From NCBI GenBank assembly GCA_965113315.1, contig OZ220364.1: a stretch of DNA of 64,000 bases; one strand, given 5' to 3'. The notes under the pieces are model-generated. The model made no database searches, was not told where the DNA came from, and saw only the letters and a list, made by a program, of their open reading frames with translations. Positions 14,301-26,300 of the stretch are shown piece after piece (the first letter of the stretch is position 1; every line of letters begins with the position of its first letter). The stretch is from Podarcis vaucheri. Its lineage: Eukaryota. Made by a program: the position numbers and the translations under genes.

Positions 14301-17300
14301 AGCCTTCTGTTCTGCTTTTGGACAATACTATATATTACAAAAGAGGGTGTCCAAACCATCAGGTGATAAGTTAGGAACCACAGCCATCTGGACCATAGCT
14401 GTGCCCCGAGGTTGTATGAATTACTCTCAACATAACAGCTCTGCTTGAGGGTACAGAACTGACTTGAATGCCATCTGTATAAACATTGTCCCGTCCTTAT
14501 TTCCCTCGATGTTTTGCAGTGAGACCTGCTGACAAAATCTTACGTAGGGAGGGGGAAAGACTTTTCTTAGATCTGCCCGGAATTTAGTGGTAAGAGGAAA
14601 TGGTTGGTTGGAACCTGACAGAAGGCCAATGTTTAAGATATCTATTTTCAGCTTGGCAAAGGGTAAGTGTGGGCAGTTAGCAGAATCTGCAGATGACACA
14701 CACTGATGGAGTAGTTTAGTGTGAGCAACAGGAAGTTGTCTTCAGTGAATTGTTGCTCAATAGAGGAAAAAGACATGCTTGTGCTAAGTCACTTTGCAGA
14801 TTCCTGTGTTGTTTTGTTGTGGCTCCCAATTCCTTGGTGAAATGGCAGAAAGGGGTATGATAAAAGGTGGGTCTAACTGCTTGTTGAATTAGTCCGTTAC
14901 TAGTCCATTGAGCACCAGAATAGCACTTGTGTACATTAGGGATAGCATGAGTGGCAGATGTCATCTAGTAAACTCTGTCTGTCTGTCTCTGCTAGATGCC
15001 AGCCTGGACTGATTGGAGAGCACTGCCAGTTTCAAGACCCTTGCCATCAGTCACCTTGCGCTAATGGGGGATCATGTGAGAGCACTCTGCGAGATGGCAC
15101 TGTGCACTACCAGTGCACCTGTCCCAAGGGCTTTCGAGGTAAGAATAAGCAATGTGGTGAGATGCAGCGTGTGTTTTTCTGCTCCACAGGCGTTTCATAT
15201 TCCTGATAAGGATTGCTTTGCTGGGAGATGGGAATGCACATTCTCCAGGGAGGATGGGTCCAGATTGTAGGTGAGAAAACTGGCCTTCTGGGGAAGAAAT
15301 AACCTTCTAGGTCACCTGGTACATCATCTTCCATTTAGGTCAAGACTGCTCTCTGTTTGATGCCTGTGCCAGCAAGCCGTGTGTCAATGGTGGCCGCTGC
15401 ACCAACTGGAATGGCCGCTACAACTGTACATGCCCATCAGGGTACCAGGGCCGCAACTGCCGGAGTGACGTGGATGAATGTCGGGTGCCTGGCCTATGCC
15501 AGCATGGGGGTACCTGTATCAACACACCTGGCTCCTTCCACTGCCAGTGTCAAGCTGGCTACACAGGGCAGCAGTGTGAGAGCATCTCCACACCTTGCGC
15601 TCCCTCTCAGTGTCTCAACGGCGGCACTTGCCGTCAGACAGGGGAACTCAGCTACGAGTGTGCTTGCTTACCTGGTGAGTGAACAATTTGCAAGGTGTAG
15701 CTTTGCTTGTACCTTCTGTAAGGGAGTGGGATGGAGTACTAAGCAGGTAGATTTTAGAGTGGGACAATCCCTCAGGGCAGCTGGGCGTAGAGTTACACTT
15801 GGGACTCAAGCTTGACCCTTTTCTCTGGCTACACCGTGGCATGCTTCACTATTCTCCTGTCAGGAAGCTCATGGGAAGCTGTTGAGTGCTTTGGTGGAGC
15901 AGGAAGGAAACAATCTAGGCAGTGGGAGGAGGCGGGGGAACTTGGCAGCCAGCACATGTGGCTTTGACTGCAGGAGCCAGAGTGTAGTGGAAGGCTCAGC
16001 TAATTCTTCTTCCTTGTTCTAGTCAGAGATTTGGAACAAGAGTAGAGCTTAGAATAGAGGAGGGGCGCTGCATTGCTCAGGGGCTCAGTGTGACTCTGTG
16101 GTGTTTACCAAGCCTTGTCAAGCTTGAAACTGTCCCCCTGTGGCCAATGGAATTGACACCTAGGAAAGTGTGCAAAAGATTACAACCCATAGTTGCACAT
16201 TAGGGATGGAATGGTGGGTTGTTGGGAGGATTTTTCTTTCTCTACTCGCAACAGTTTTTCCACAGTTACTGGCTGGGCTAAAATCTCCCTTTCTTCCTTT
16301 TCAGGCTTCAAGGGACACAACTGTGAGATTAACATAGATGATTGCCCAGGCCACATGTGCATGAATGGAGGCACTTGTGTGGATGGCGTCAACACTTACA
16401 ACTGCCAGTGTCCCCCAGAGTGGACAGGTACTGCGTTGTTATTGGTCCAGGAACCAGAATGTGATTGGAACAGCCTAGGATTTTAAGGGCCTTAATGGGA
16501 AATGTAGGGAGCTATCTAGGATTTGGGCAGAGGTGGGAAATGTTCTTTGCTTCTCTATACAGCGTTAACTTAATATTAGCCTCTAAGTCAGGAAGGCCAA
16601 CTGTTTTAGAGAATGAGTTGAGAAATATTACCTTATTGTAGTTTGGGAAAACACTGGCTTTAATCTGGCTTGGTGCATGGTGGGCAAAGGAAAGGGCAAC
16701 TCAGGGCTGTGAGTGTGGAGGTATTGGGGTGCATGGGGGAAGGAGAGGTGGTGCTGCAGCTGTTAGGCCATCCCTGATGAGAAGGTCTTTTAGTGAACTA
16801 AGCCCCACCTTCTTTGCATTGTAGGCCAGCACTGCAATGAGGATGTGGATGAATGCCAGCTGCAACCCAACGCCTGCCACAATGGAGGCACTTGCTTCAA
16901 TACCAATGGGGGGCATTCATGCGTTTGCGTCAACGGCTGGACAGGGGAGAGCTGCAGTGAGAACATTGATGACTGTCAGACAGCAGTCTGCTTCCATGGT
17001 GCTACCTGCCATGACCGTGTGGCTTCCTTCTACTGCGCATGTCCTATGGGCAAGACAGGTAACTGGCTCCTAGCTTGCATAATGTGTCCATGTCATATGT
17101 TTTTTTTCTGGCTAACTGGTTTGGGCAGAATTTTTGAAGGGTTTGGTCAGTGTAAAAAGAATGGAGTGGATTAAAGGGATATTGGATAACAAGGATAGGG
17201 TGTTAATCAGAAATGGAAGGACATTGCTGAACATGAACAACATATGGAAATCGATACCCCTTGTCCATAAATTCCATCCCATTCCCTACACTCCTCCTGT

Positions 17301-20300
17301 TTTGCTGTCAAGTGATTGCCTTTCATGGCCCTTTCTCTTCCAGGCCTTCTTTGCCACTTGGACGATGCCTGTGTCAGTAACCCTTGCCATGAGGATGCCA
17401 TTTGTGATACCAACCCAATGAATGGCCGTGCCATCTGCACATGCCCACCAGGTTTTACCGGAGGGGCCTGCGACCAGGATGTGGATGAGTGCTCCATTGG
17501 TAAGACAGCTGCACCCTTCTTTCGCAATTCCAAAATGTGGAAGAAGGAGGACTGCCTCTCTAGCATGTGAGAGGGGTCACTGAAATGGACTTTTGCCAGC
17601 TTTTTGGGTTGGGCTATTGACAAGTAAAGCACTTATGAGAAGGATCAGTTTCTGCTGGCATGCCCTTCTCGTTCCTTGTCTGGATTTATGCCTTAAGTCA
17701 GGGGTGCACAACCTGCAGCCCTCCACATGTTGTTAGACTACACCTCCCATTATCCCTGATCACTTGCTATGTTGGCTGGGGCTGATGGGAGTTATAGTCC
17801 AAAAACATTTGGAGGTCCGCAGGTTATGCACCCCTGCCTTAAGTGAAGGCAGAGAAGAAGTAATTTTGAACCAGCCATGTTCACTTCATGCGCATTTCCC
17901 TTCTCCAGGAGCCAATCCATGTGAGCATTTCGGAAAGTGTGTGAACACGCAAGGCTCCTTCCGGTGTGAGTGTGGACGTGGCTACACAGGTCCCCGCTGT
18001 GAGACAGACATCAACGAGTGCCTCTCCATGCCTTGCCAGAATGATGCTACCTGCCTTGATCGCATTGGCGAGTTTACCTGCATCTGCATGTCAGGTGAGT
18101 TTCCTGGCTCTGGGGAGCAGAGTGCCCATCCTATCCAGGACTGTATCTTGGGTAGCATGAGATGTGGGGAGAGAATAGGTAGGCGACTGGATATGCACAA
18201 ATTGAGGTAAAATTCCCTGCTAAGTCCAGGCTCCCTGAGTGGGCCTAGATAAGTCACTTCCTTATTTCAATTTGCTTTTAAAAGTGAAAATGTCAGTGAC
18301 CTGTTTCAGAGCTGTTGTTAAGCTCTGTGTAAAGTGTAGATCATTCAAAAAATATTATGTGAATGATTGTAGAGCAGCCTCTGCTCTTGGGCTCCCAGAA
18401 GCTTCCTGTCCCAAGTACAGGGGTACCTCGGGTTAAGAACTTAATTCGTTCTGGAGGTCTGTTCTTAACCTGAAACTGTTCTTAACCTGAAGCACCACTT
18501 TAGCTAATGGGCCTCCTGCTGTCGCTGTGCTGCCACTGCACGATTTCTGTTCTCATCCTGAAGCAAAGTTCTTAACCCGAGGTACTATTTCTGGGTTAGC
18601 AGACTCTGTAACATGAAGCGTCTGTAACCCGAGGTACCACGCTATCTTGTCTGCCAGGTGTTAGCATACCTGACTGATCTACACTGAGGCTCTGTGGAGT
18701 GGCTTTCTTTTTGCTCTTCACATGTTCTAAACACTTGAGACAGGAGGTGCCTCTCAGACTATGACACTTCCATGTCTCGTTGGCTGTGCCTGTTCTTTTT
18801 TGAGTATATCAGCAGGACGTTTCTTTCACACTGCCTGCTCCTCTTAGGCCTGGATTCTTCAGTGTGTGGGTGGTATTCTCCAAACTAAGAGATGCGCGTG
18901 GGCAGGGGGGATACAATAGTTAGATTGGTATGAGACTGTTGTGGGGATAGCCACAAGGTATAGCAGTCTAACCTGCACCTTTCCCTGGTAGATTCCAGGC
19001 TTTGTGTTCCCCGCAGTTACAAAGCAAGAACATGTTTGGTTTGTACTTTCAGTAGAGCTGGCAAATACCGATTCAGGAGAAGGGCCCAGAAAGGTGCAGG
19101 AAGCAAGATATTATTGTGAATAGTGGAGGCTTCGTCCAGGGTCCCTGGAGGAGTATTCTGCTGTTTCATCCCCCCCCCTGCCCCCTGCCCCCAAATGGCA
19201 TTGCAATTCTGTGGGCTTGGGATGAGGAACAAGCCGAGATCCTTAGAAGCGGTTTGGTGGCTGAAGAAAGCATATACATATGGAGGAATCCCTGGAAAGT
19301 GAGGGATGACTATACAGCTGTCCCTCCTCCCATTGTGGCAGAGCTATAGGACTGGGGTGCTGGGTAAAGTGATACAATGTTCATAGAGACAGTGGGAGTG
19401 CAGCATTGTGCTTGGAATATTAATGGTGGGGCCGGCCTGGCGGGTGATGTGAATTGACTGTGCTTTGTGTTTCCGTTACCCCATATAGGGAGGAACATTC
19501 TCCTTGCTTGCTCACTCATTGGTTAATGCTGGCTTTTTGTAAAAAAAAAAAAAAATCAAAAAAATCTGGGGGAGGGGTGGGTCCTGCTAGCTGAGAATGG
19601 CTTTGGTCTAGGGGCTAGAGAACTTTGTTTTAGTGTTGCACTACTGCGCTTAACCCAGTATAGCTGCATTCTGGAATCATTTCCCCCAGGATCAGAATGG
19701 AGCAAGAGGTTTGACGTATCGCCTAGATATTTGGCAAGCAGCTCCAAAAATTAGGAGCCCAGCACAAAGTGGAGTGCCTCTGCTACAAAATCACCCTCCC
19801 AAAGCAGAAACAGGAAACCTTTAAAAGTTTTTAACTGGGACGTGGAGTGTTAGTTGGAATGCTGCTGCTTGGTTGGAAAACAGTTCTGGAAACCAAGTTT
19901 TTTTGTGTGTAGCCCCAGTTCTTGAAACCCAAATCAGCATTTGCACTAGGGCGTCATCTCTGACTCCTGTTACTCCTCCAGTCCTCACAGTTCTTGAAAC
20001 TCCGCTCCCCTCCCTACTGCTAGCCTCACATCTTCAGTTCCGTTCATTGAGACAAAGTGTTGCACCAGACACATGTGATCAAACTGTTCCAAGCATAGCT
20101 GTCAACTTTTCCCTTTTCTTGCGAGGAATCCTATTCAGAATAAGGGAATTTCCTTTAAAAAAGGGAAACATTGACAGCTATGGTTCCAAGCTCCTCCACA
20201 TAGCCTCAGCTCTCCTCCTTTTTTATGGTGTAAGCTCCAGAGCTACATCACCCTCCCATTCCTTTTATGTCACTGGAACTTCCTCTCACAATTCCCAGCT

Positions 20301-23300
20301 TTGTTTATTTTATCTGTTAAGAGAAGCAGAGTATTCAATTCTCCCCCCCACTGTTCTCTCCCTCTTTCTTTTCCATCCCGTCATTTCCTGCCAAGGCGCT
20401 TCTTACTTTCCCATTCCTTTTTCCCAATGTGGATGGAATAAGCAAGGCTTGTGGGCATATCTTTTATATCAGAGTTGCCTACCCTGTAGCTTTCCAGGTG
20501 TTGTTGTATTCTAACTCTCTTCAGCACCAGCCAGGATGGGCCATGGTAAGAGATTATGGGAGTTGCAGTCCAGCAACATCTGGAAGACCAAAGGTTCTCC
20601 ACACTTCCTTTCTACACAGTATCAAAGGCAAGAAGATTCTCTGCCTCAAGGATACTTGGAGGAAGTGGGCTATGTAGGGTTATTGAGTCACCACCATTTT
20701 AGGTTTTTCTCTACTACCCCCAAGGGTTTGGGAAACCTGGCTCTGATGAGCTAGAACTACGAGATTAGAAGTTGCCTTCACTCTTGGGATTTCCCCCTTG
20801 CATAGAGATTTCTCTCCAAATTGGAAACAGGAGTTTCCTCCCACAAAACGCTGCATTCTCTTACCACCCCCTCAGAGATGAAGATACAGGCAAACTCCTG
20901 GAGACAGTTCCCATTAAAAAGGTTCATATGGAGACAAATTTAAGTGCCTTCTTACGTGAGAAAATTCTGCTCCTCCTGTCTCCCCTTTGGCAGGAAGAGT
21001 AGCTTAAGGGGGTGGAGATGGCGTCTCAGCCAGGAGTTGAGACTGATACTATAAGGCTGTAGCAGCTCAGACCCTCTATGAGTAGTCAAGGAAAGTGGGG
21101 GTGGGCCTTGATTATTTCCTCAGTGCTGCTTGCCAGCAAACTATTCATCGGAGAAGCAGACTTCACTGTTTTTATTACAGTGGCGAAGGGCTGGGAATAG
21201 CAAAGCCTGGAGGGTTAGTCATGCAATTCTGTGCCTTTATAGCTGCAAGGATTCCTTGGAGCATGTGTACACAGACCAGCAGTTGGGCAAATTCAGGATG
21301 GTCATTCCTCTATTGACCAGAGCCTGCTTAACCCCCTTGCCTAGAGAATCAGGATACTGTTGTGCTAACCTTATGCATGGCATGTCCAGTGCCCCACTTT
21401 TGCTCCTTTCTGTTATGGCTGCCTTTCTCACCTCCACAGCTAGATGGAGGACTCATACCTCAGCGGTAGAACACATTCTTTGCAGAAGTGTTCAGTCTTT
21501 GGTTAATAGACAGTCTTGGTCAAAAGAGCAGTCCCTAAACACCTTAGAAAGTGCGGCTAGTCAGAGTAGATACTGGGTTAGATGAACCTACAGCCTCACT
21601 TGGTATAAGATAGCTCCGCATGTGTATTTTTACACCCATAATTTCTGTGTGCATTAACTGCTTTATTTATTTTGTAATTGCATATTTTATTGTTGTTAAC
21701 CTACCCTGGGAACTTTAGATAAAGAGCAGGTAATAAATTTAATAAAATAAATCAATAATAATGTGCCTGGTGTACTCCCTCCCCCCCAAAAAAATCCTTT
21801 TTGATTTCCTTTTCTACCACTGGTTCCAGCTGCTGGCTGTATTTTCATCTGTTCTTTGTGTTCCTGCAGTTCTCTTATCAGGAACACGTAAGCAACTTGA
21901 CTGTCGAGCCAAGTATTATCTACTCTTAAGTGGAAGCAGGGTTTTTAGGCAGTCTTTCACATCCCCTGCTTCCTGATTCTTTTAACCTGAAGATGCCAGG
22001 GGTTGATCCTGGGATCTTCAGCATGCAAAACATGTGGCCCATCACTGAGCTGTCGTGACACGGAAGGAGTGGGAACAGAACTTCTGCTTAATTGAAAATG
22101 GAATAAGCTCAGCAGTTGCACAGATTATATAAACATTGCTTTGGATTAGTAGAACTAACACATGATCAAGTTTGATGCATGGAATGCTTACTCCACCATT
22201 AGTAAACTTAAGACAGTTGCGTTAGGATAGGTGCTGTATGTACCATGATGGTTAAGTGGGGATGTGGGGAAATAATGGAGAGGAAGGAATGGGATGCAGG
22301 GAGACTTGTAGAGACAGCAAAGATGGAGTTGGAGTTTTGGGGGAATCCCCCCCCTTCTTACTACTAGATAGGCCTTAAACTGTCTGTCTGATCATTTTCA
22401 CCTCTTAAAGTTAGTAACTATAAGGAACCAGCTTTAAAATTAGGGATTTTGTTTTTAATGCCTTGTATTTGAAGCGAAACGCTGTTATTTATTGTGCACC
22501 TTTGCCATGTAATAATAAGCTAGTATTCCTAGGTGTGAGCTTGCCAGGATGAGATGGACCCCCTTGCCTCACTGTGGTTGTGGTGCTACAGTGATGGACA
22601 CATGGGTGAGTCTAATCATTGTAATAACAAATGGTTCCTCTTGGTTGCAGGTTTCAGTGGCACTTACTGTGAGATCAACATCAACGAGTGTGAGAGTAAT
22701 CCCTGTGTCAATGGTGGCGTCTGTAAGGATATTGTCAATGGATTCAGCTGTACCTGTCCCTCCGGTAAGCCAAGGGCTTTTTTCAGCAAGGAGATAAATG
22801 GCACTGCATCGTTCGCTTACCTGTCCTCCCTGCCTGGCATAGCACAGGTGAACTTGAGCCTGTTCCCCCACAGGGCTCGTTCTCTGACTTAAAACAGTCT
22901 GCATGTTTGTGTGTATCTGAAACCTGCCCAGACCTTACTTTGATAAAGCTGGTGAGCATCTGCCCTGTTTTTAAGGAGCCTTGCTTTCATCCCTTCTCCT
23001 GATGTTAGGAAATGTCTGCCCCTTGTGTGAATTCAGCTGAATTTGAGTCTCTTAAGTTGAGCTGTGCTGTAGCTTTTCATGAGCTCACACTGCCCCTTGT
23101 GCTTCCTCTCATCCCTTGCACTGTGGTACAGTTTGTATAAGTTTTCTTTGCTGAGCTAGGAGTCCAGCTTGGGGAATTCTTTGTCAGTGTATGGGATGCA
23201 ACTGTAGCCCTAAGGAGAGTGTGTTCAGCTCATTCCCCAGGACTTGCTCCGCTTTTCTGCTACCAAGCGGGTGCGGGGCCCTGTCCTCCATTCAGTTGCT

Positions 23301-26300
23301 TCCAGGGCTGATTGACAGACAGGCCTATAGCTTGCTGTGTGGGAGCTGGGACAATGGCATCTTTGTTCCCCCAGCCTGTCGCACAGGCCCCTGAACCCAA
23401 TTTACATGTGGGGCAGACACCGCAAAGCCCCCTGTGGAGAGGAGGGGGAGAGAACATTGAGAGCCTTTGCTATAGGCCTCTGGTGGTAGGGCTGTGCTGT
23501 GCAACCAGGATGAAGTTTGAGGACTCCTGTCCCACATAATTTTTCCTCCCAATGCGAACCTGTTTTCTCTTTATCTGGAGCTTTCAGTCCAAACTATCAT
23601 TTTATTCGAGGCTTGCTCTAGCTGTGTACCCACTTCAGACACTTAGCTTGAGAACGAGTATACACTCAATTCTTTTGCCAGCCTAGCTTGTGCCCTTTTC
23701 AGACATACTTGTAAAGTCCTCTGTTACCTCTAACAGCTGGGAACTTCCAAGTACACAAGCTTTTTTCACTCAGCTCTATGTGAAACCCAGCTAGGGAACA
23801 AGAGGTGCTCTACATATAGTGCCTCCACTCTTCCACTGCAGCACTGAGTGTCCATTTCCCTGCTCCTTTTTTTATATAGCGCAGATGTTAGTGTAAGATT
23901 CTCATCCATCAGAGTGGATAACAACAAGTGTTCTTTCTGTGTGTGTTGTTTGGATCTTCTCTTGTATATATTGGGTGAAATGCAACACGTATGTTAATGT
24001 TGCCAGATTGAGTGCATGTTCCTCATTTTGTTGGTCCATCTGGTTTGTTTGACTACTTTTTCTTTCTGGGTTCAGGCTTCTCAGGCTCCATGTGCCAGAT
24101 TGACATCGATGAGTGTGCCAGCACACCATGCCAGAATGGTGCAAAGTGTGTGGACCGGCCCAATGCCTACGAGTGCCGTTGTACAGAAGGTAATTGCACT
24201 CTGCAATGAGTTATTGCCTTTCATGCTCTTCTGTGCTGCTGGAGAGGGAATTGTTTCAAATTATGAGGATGTTGTGATGACGACTGCACAAGGATTATTA
24301 GAATCTGATGCAGTCGAGAGAAAATTTTCCCCAAAACATCCTTTACACCTGCCTTTCATGGGTGCCATTTTTGAAAAGCCTTGGCTGGGTGTGTTGTGAG
24401 CTTTCTCTTCCCAATCCATGGTCCTTCATCTTTGAGCATCTTTTAGGGGAGGTGTCAAATCACTTTCTAACTTTGGTATCAAACCTTCAGCAAAGTAACT
24501 TCTCTATTCTTGATTCCCAGATAGTTGTGAAAGATCAAGATCAAATTGATGCTTGCGGGGGTTCTGTTTTATTTCCTTTTAGATGACTTCGGTTTAAAGA
24601 TTAGCACAGAATTTAACACCATGAAATTCCCAAGGAAGATTATTGTGTTCTGAAACCTAGTGGTGCACAGTGCATGCCACAACACATCATAAAGAGAACT
24701 AATATTCCCATGAAGTAAAGGAAATGGACTTGGGAGAGTAGGATTTTTTTTTAACAGACTGCAAGAAACTCCTACACAGAACGGCTTTTAGGGGGAAGGA
24801 AGCCAAATTAGTGCACACAGTTCATTCACATTGTGGAATGGAGAAAGGAGGGTTAGGTTACTCCTCATTTTTTGTTGAGTTTCTTAATTGATGTATCTAA
24901 CTTGCTTGATAAACATGAAGTGACATCCCTTCTCAGTTGCTCAGACACTTAAAAAAGGACAGTAGATGCATATCTGATTGGCTTACAAAACAATGACTCT
25001 CAGTTTGAAAATTACAGTGTTTTTAACACAAGCAGTTTTAAGTAAAGGTAAAACAGAGAACTAACAGTTGTGGAAAAAAAATAAATGTTTTGCTTGCTAC
25101 ATTTGGGTCTTTGGATGCATCTTTTCAGATAAATAGTAGTTTAGGAAACACTGGGCTTTTCTAACATATTAGATAAATGTATCTGGATGGACCTAAAAGT
25201 TATGAAAATGGAAGGGAGGGGGAAACCTTTTCCCCAGTCTGCTGTGTGCATGAATTGCTATGATGCTGATGCTGATTTCCCCTTTCACTTACAGGTTTTG
25301 AGGGGCCTTTGTGTGAAAGGAACATTGACGACTGCTTTCCAGATCCCTGCCACCATGGCACTTGTGTGGATGGCATTGCTAGTTTCACCTGCACTTGTGC
25401 AGCTGGTTACACTGGATACCGCTGTGAGAACCAGATCAATGAGTGCCACAGCAATCCCTGTCAGCATGGCGGCAAGTGCATTGACCTGGTGAATAAGTAC
25501 CTGTGCCACTGCTTGCAGGGGACCTCAGGTAGGGCATCCCTCCTCGCTCTCTTTCTCTGCTTGCTCTCATTCCTTACATCTCCCAGTCCTATCCAAAATG
25601 TATAGACTGTTTAATCAGAAAACCCTCGTAAGTTGTATATATAATAAAGTTATCAATAAAAACACAAGATAAAAATCAGCAAAGTAAAACACACACACAC
25701 ACAACTAAACGAATGCCTGGGAAAACTTGCTGCAATAAAAAAGAACAATATAATGAAGGCACCTGTCTGGTGTCAATAGGCAGGGAATTCGAAAGCACAG
25801 GTGCTGCCATACTAAAAGAGAGATCCACAAATGCAGAGTAAACATTACATGTCACTTATAAAACTCAAGTTTTGCAGATCAAAGCAGCAAAATAGGCATG
25901 TATGGTGCAAATCAATCCCCCCAACAAACTAGATATAAGCTGTTAAGGGCTTTTTATATGTGAATACTAAGCTTATTTTAAGCTGTCTGCTTTGCGTGCA
26001 TCTAGTTTGTGTGATGTCAGCTGGCCGGCTGCCAAGCACGTAAAGCTGCAATCGCACAAGTTAAATGTGTGCAAATTGTGAGTCTCCTGTGCTGCTGTTG
26101 CCAAGCTATCCTGGTCCAGTTACGGGTCACAGCTGTTTCACCAGCAGAAGCTGGGAAAAGGCTCTCTTAGCCACTGAGCACACCTGGACCTCCAGTGACA
26201 AAACTGGATTCAGAAGCACCTCCAGGCTGTGTACCTGCTACGCTGGAGTGCAGGAAACCCTCTCCAGGGCAGGAAAGGAGATCAAGAAGAAGGAGCAAGG

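Noticed and set aside
19873-20514. 213-aa intronic ORF
   Set aside because: Non-ATG start, low-complexity S/L/F-rich sequence, no recognisable domain, and it ends in a MITE.
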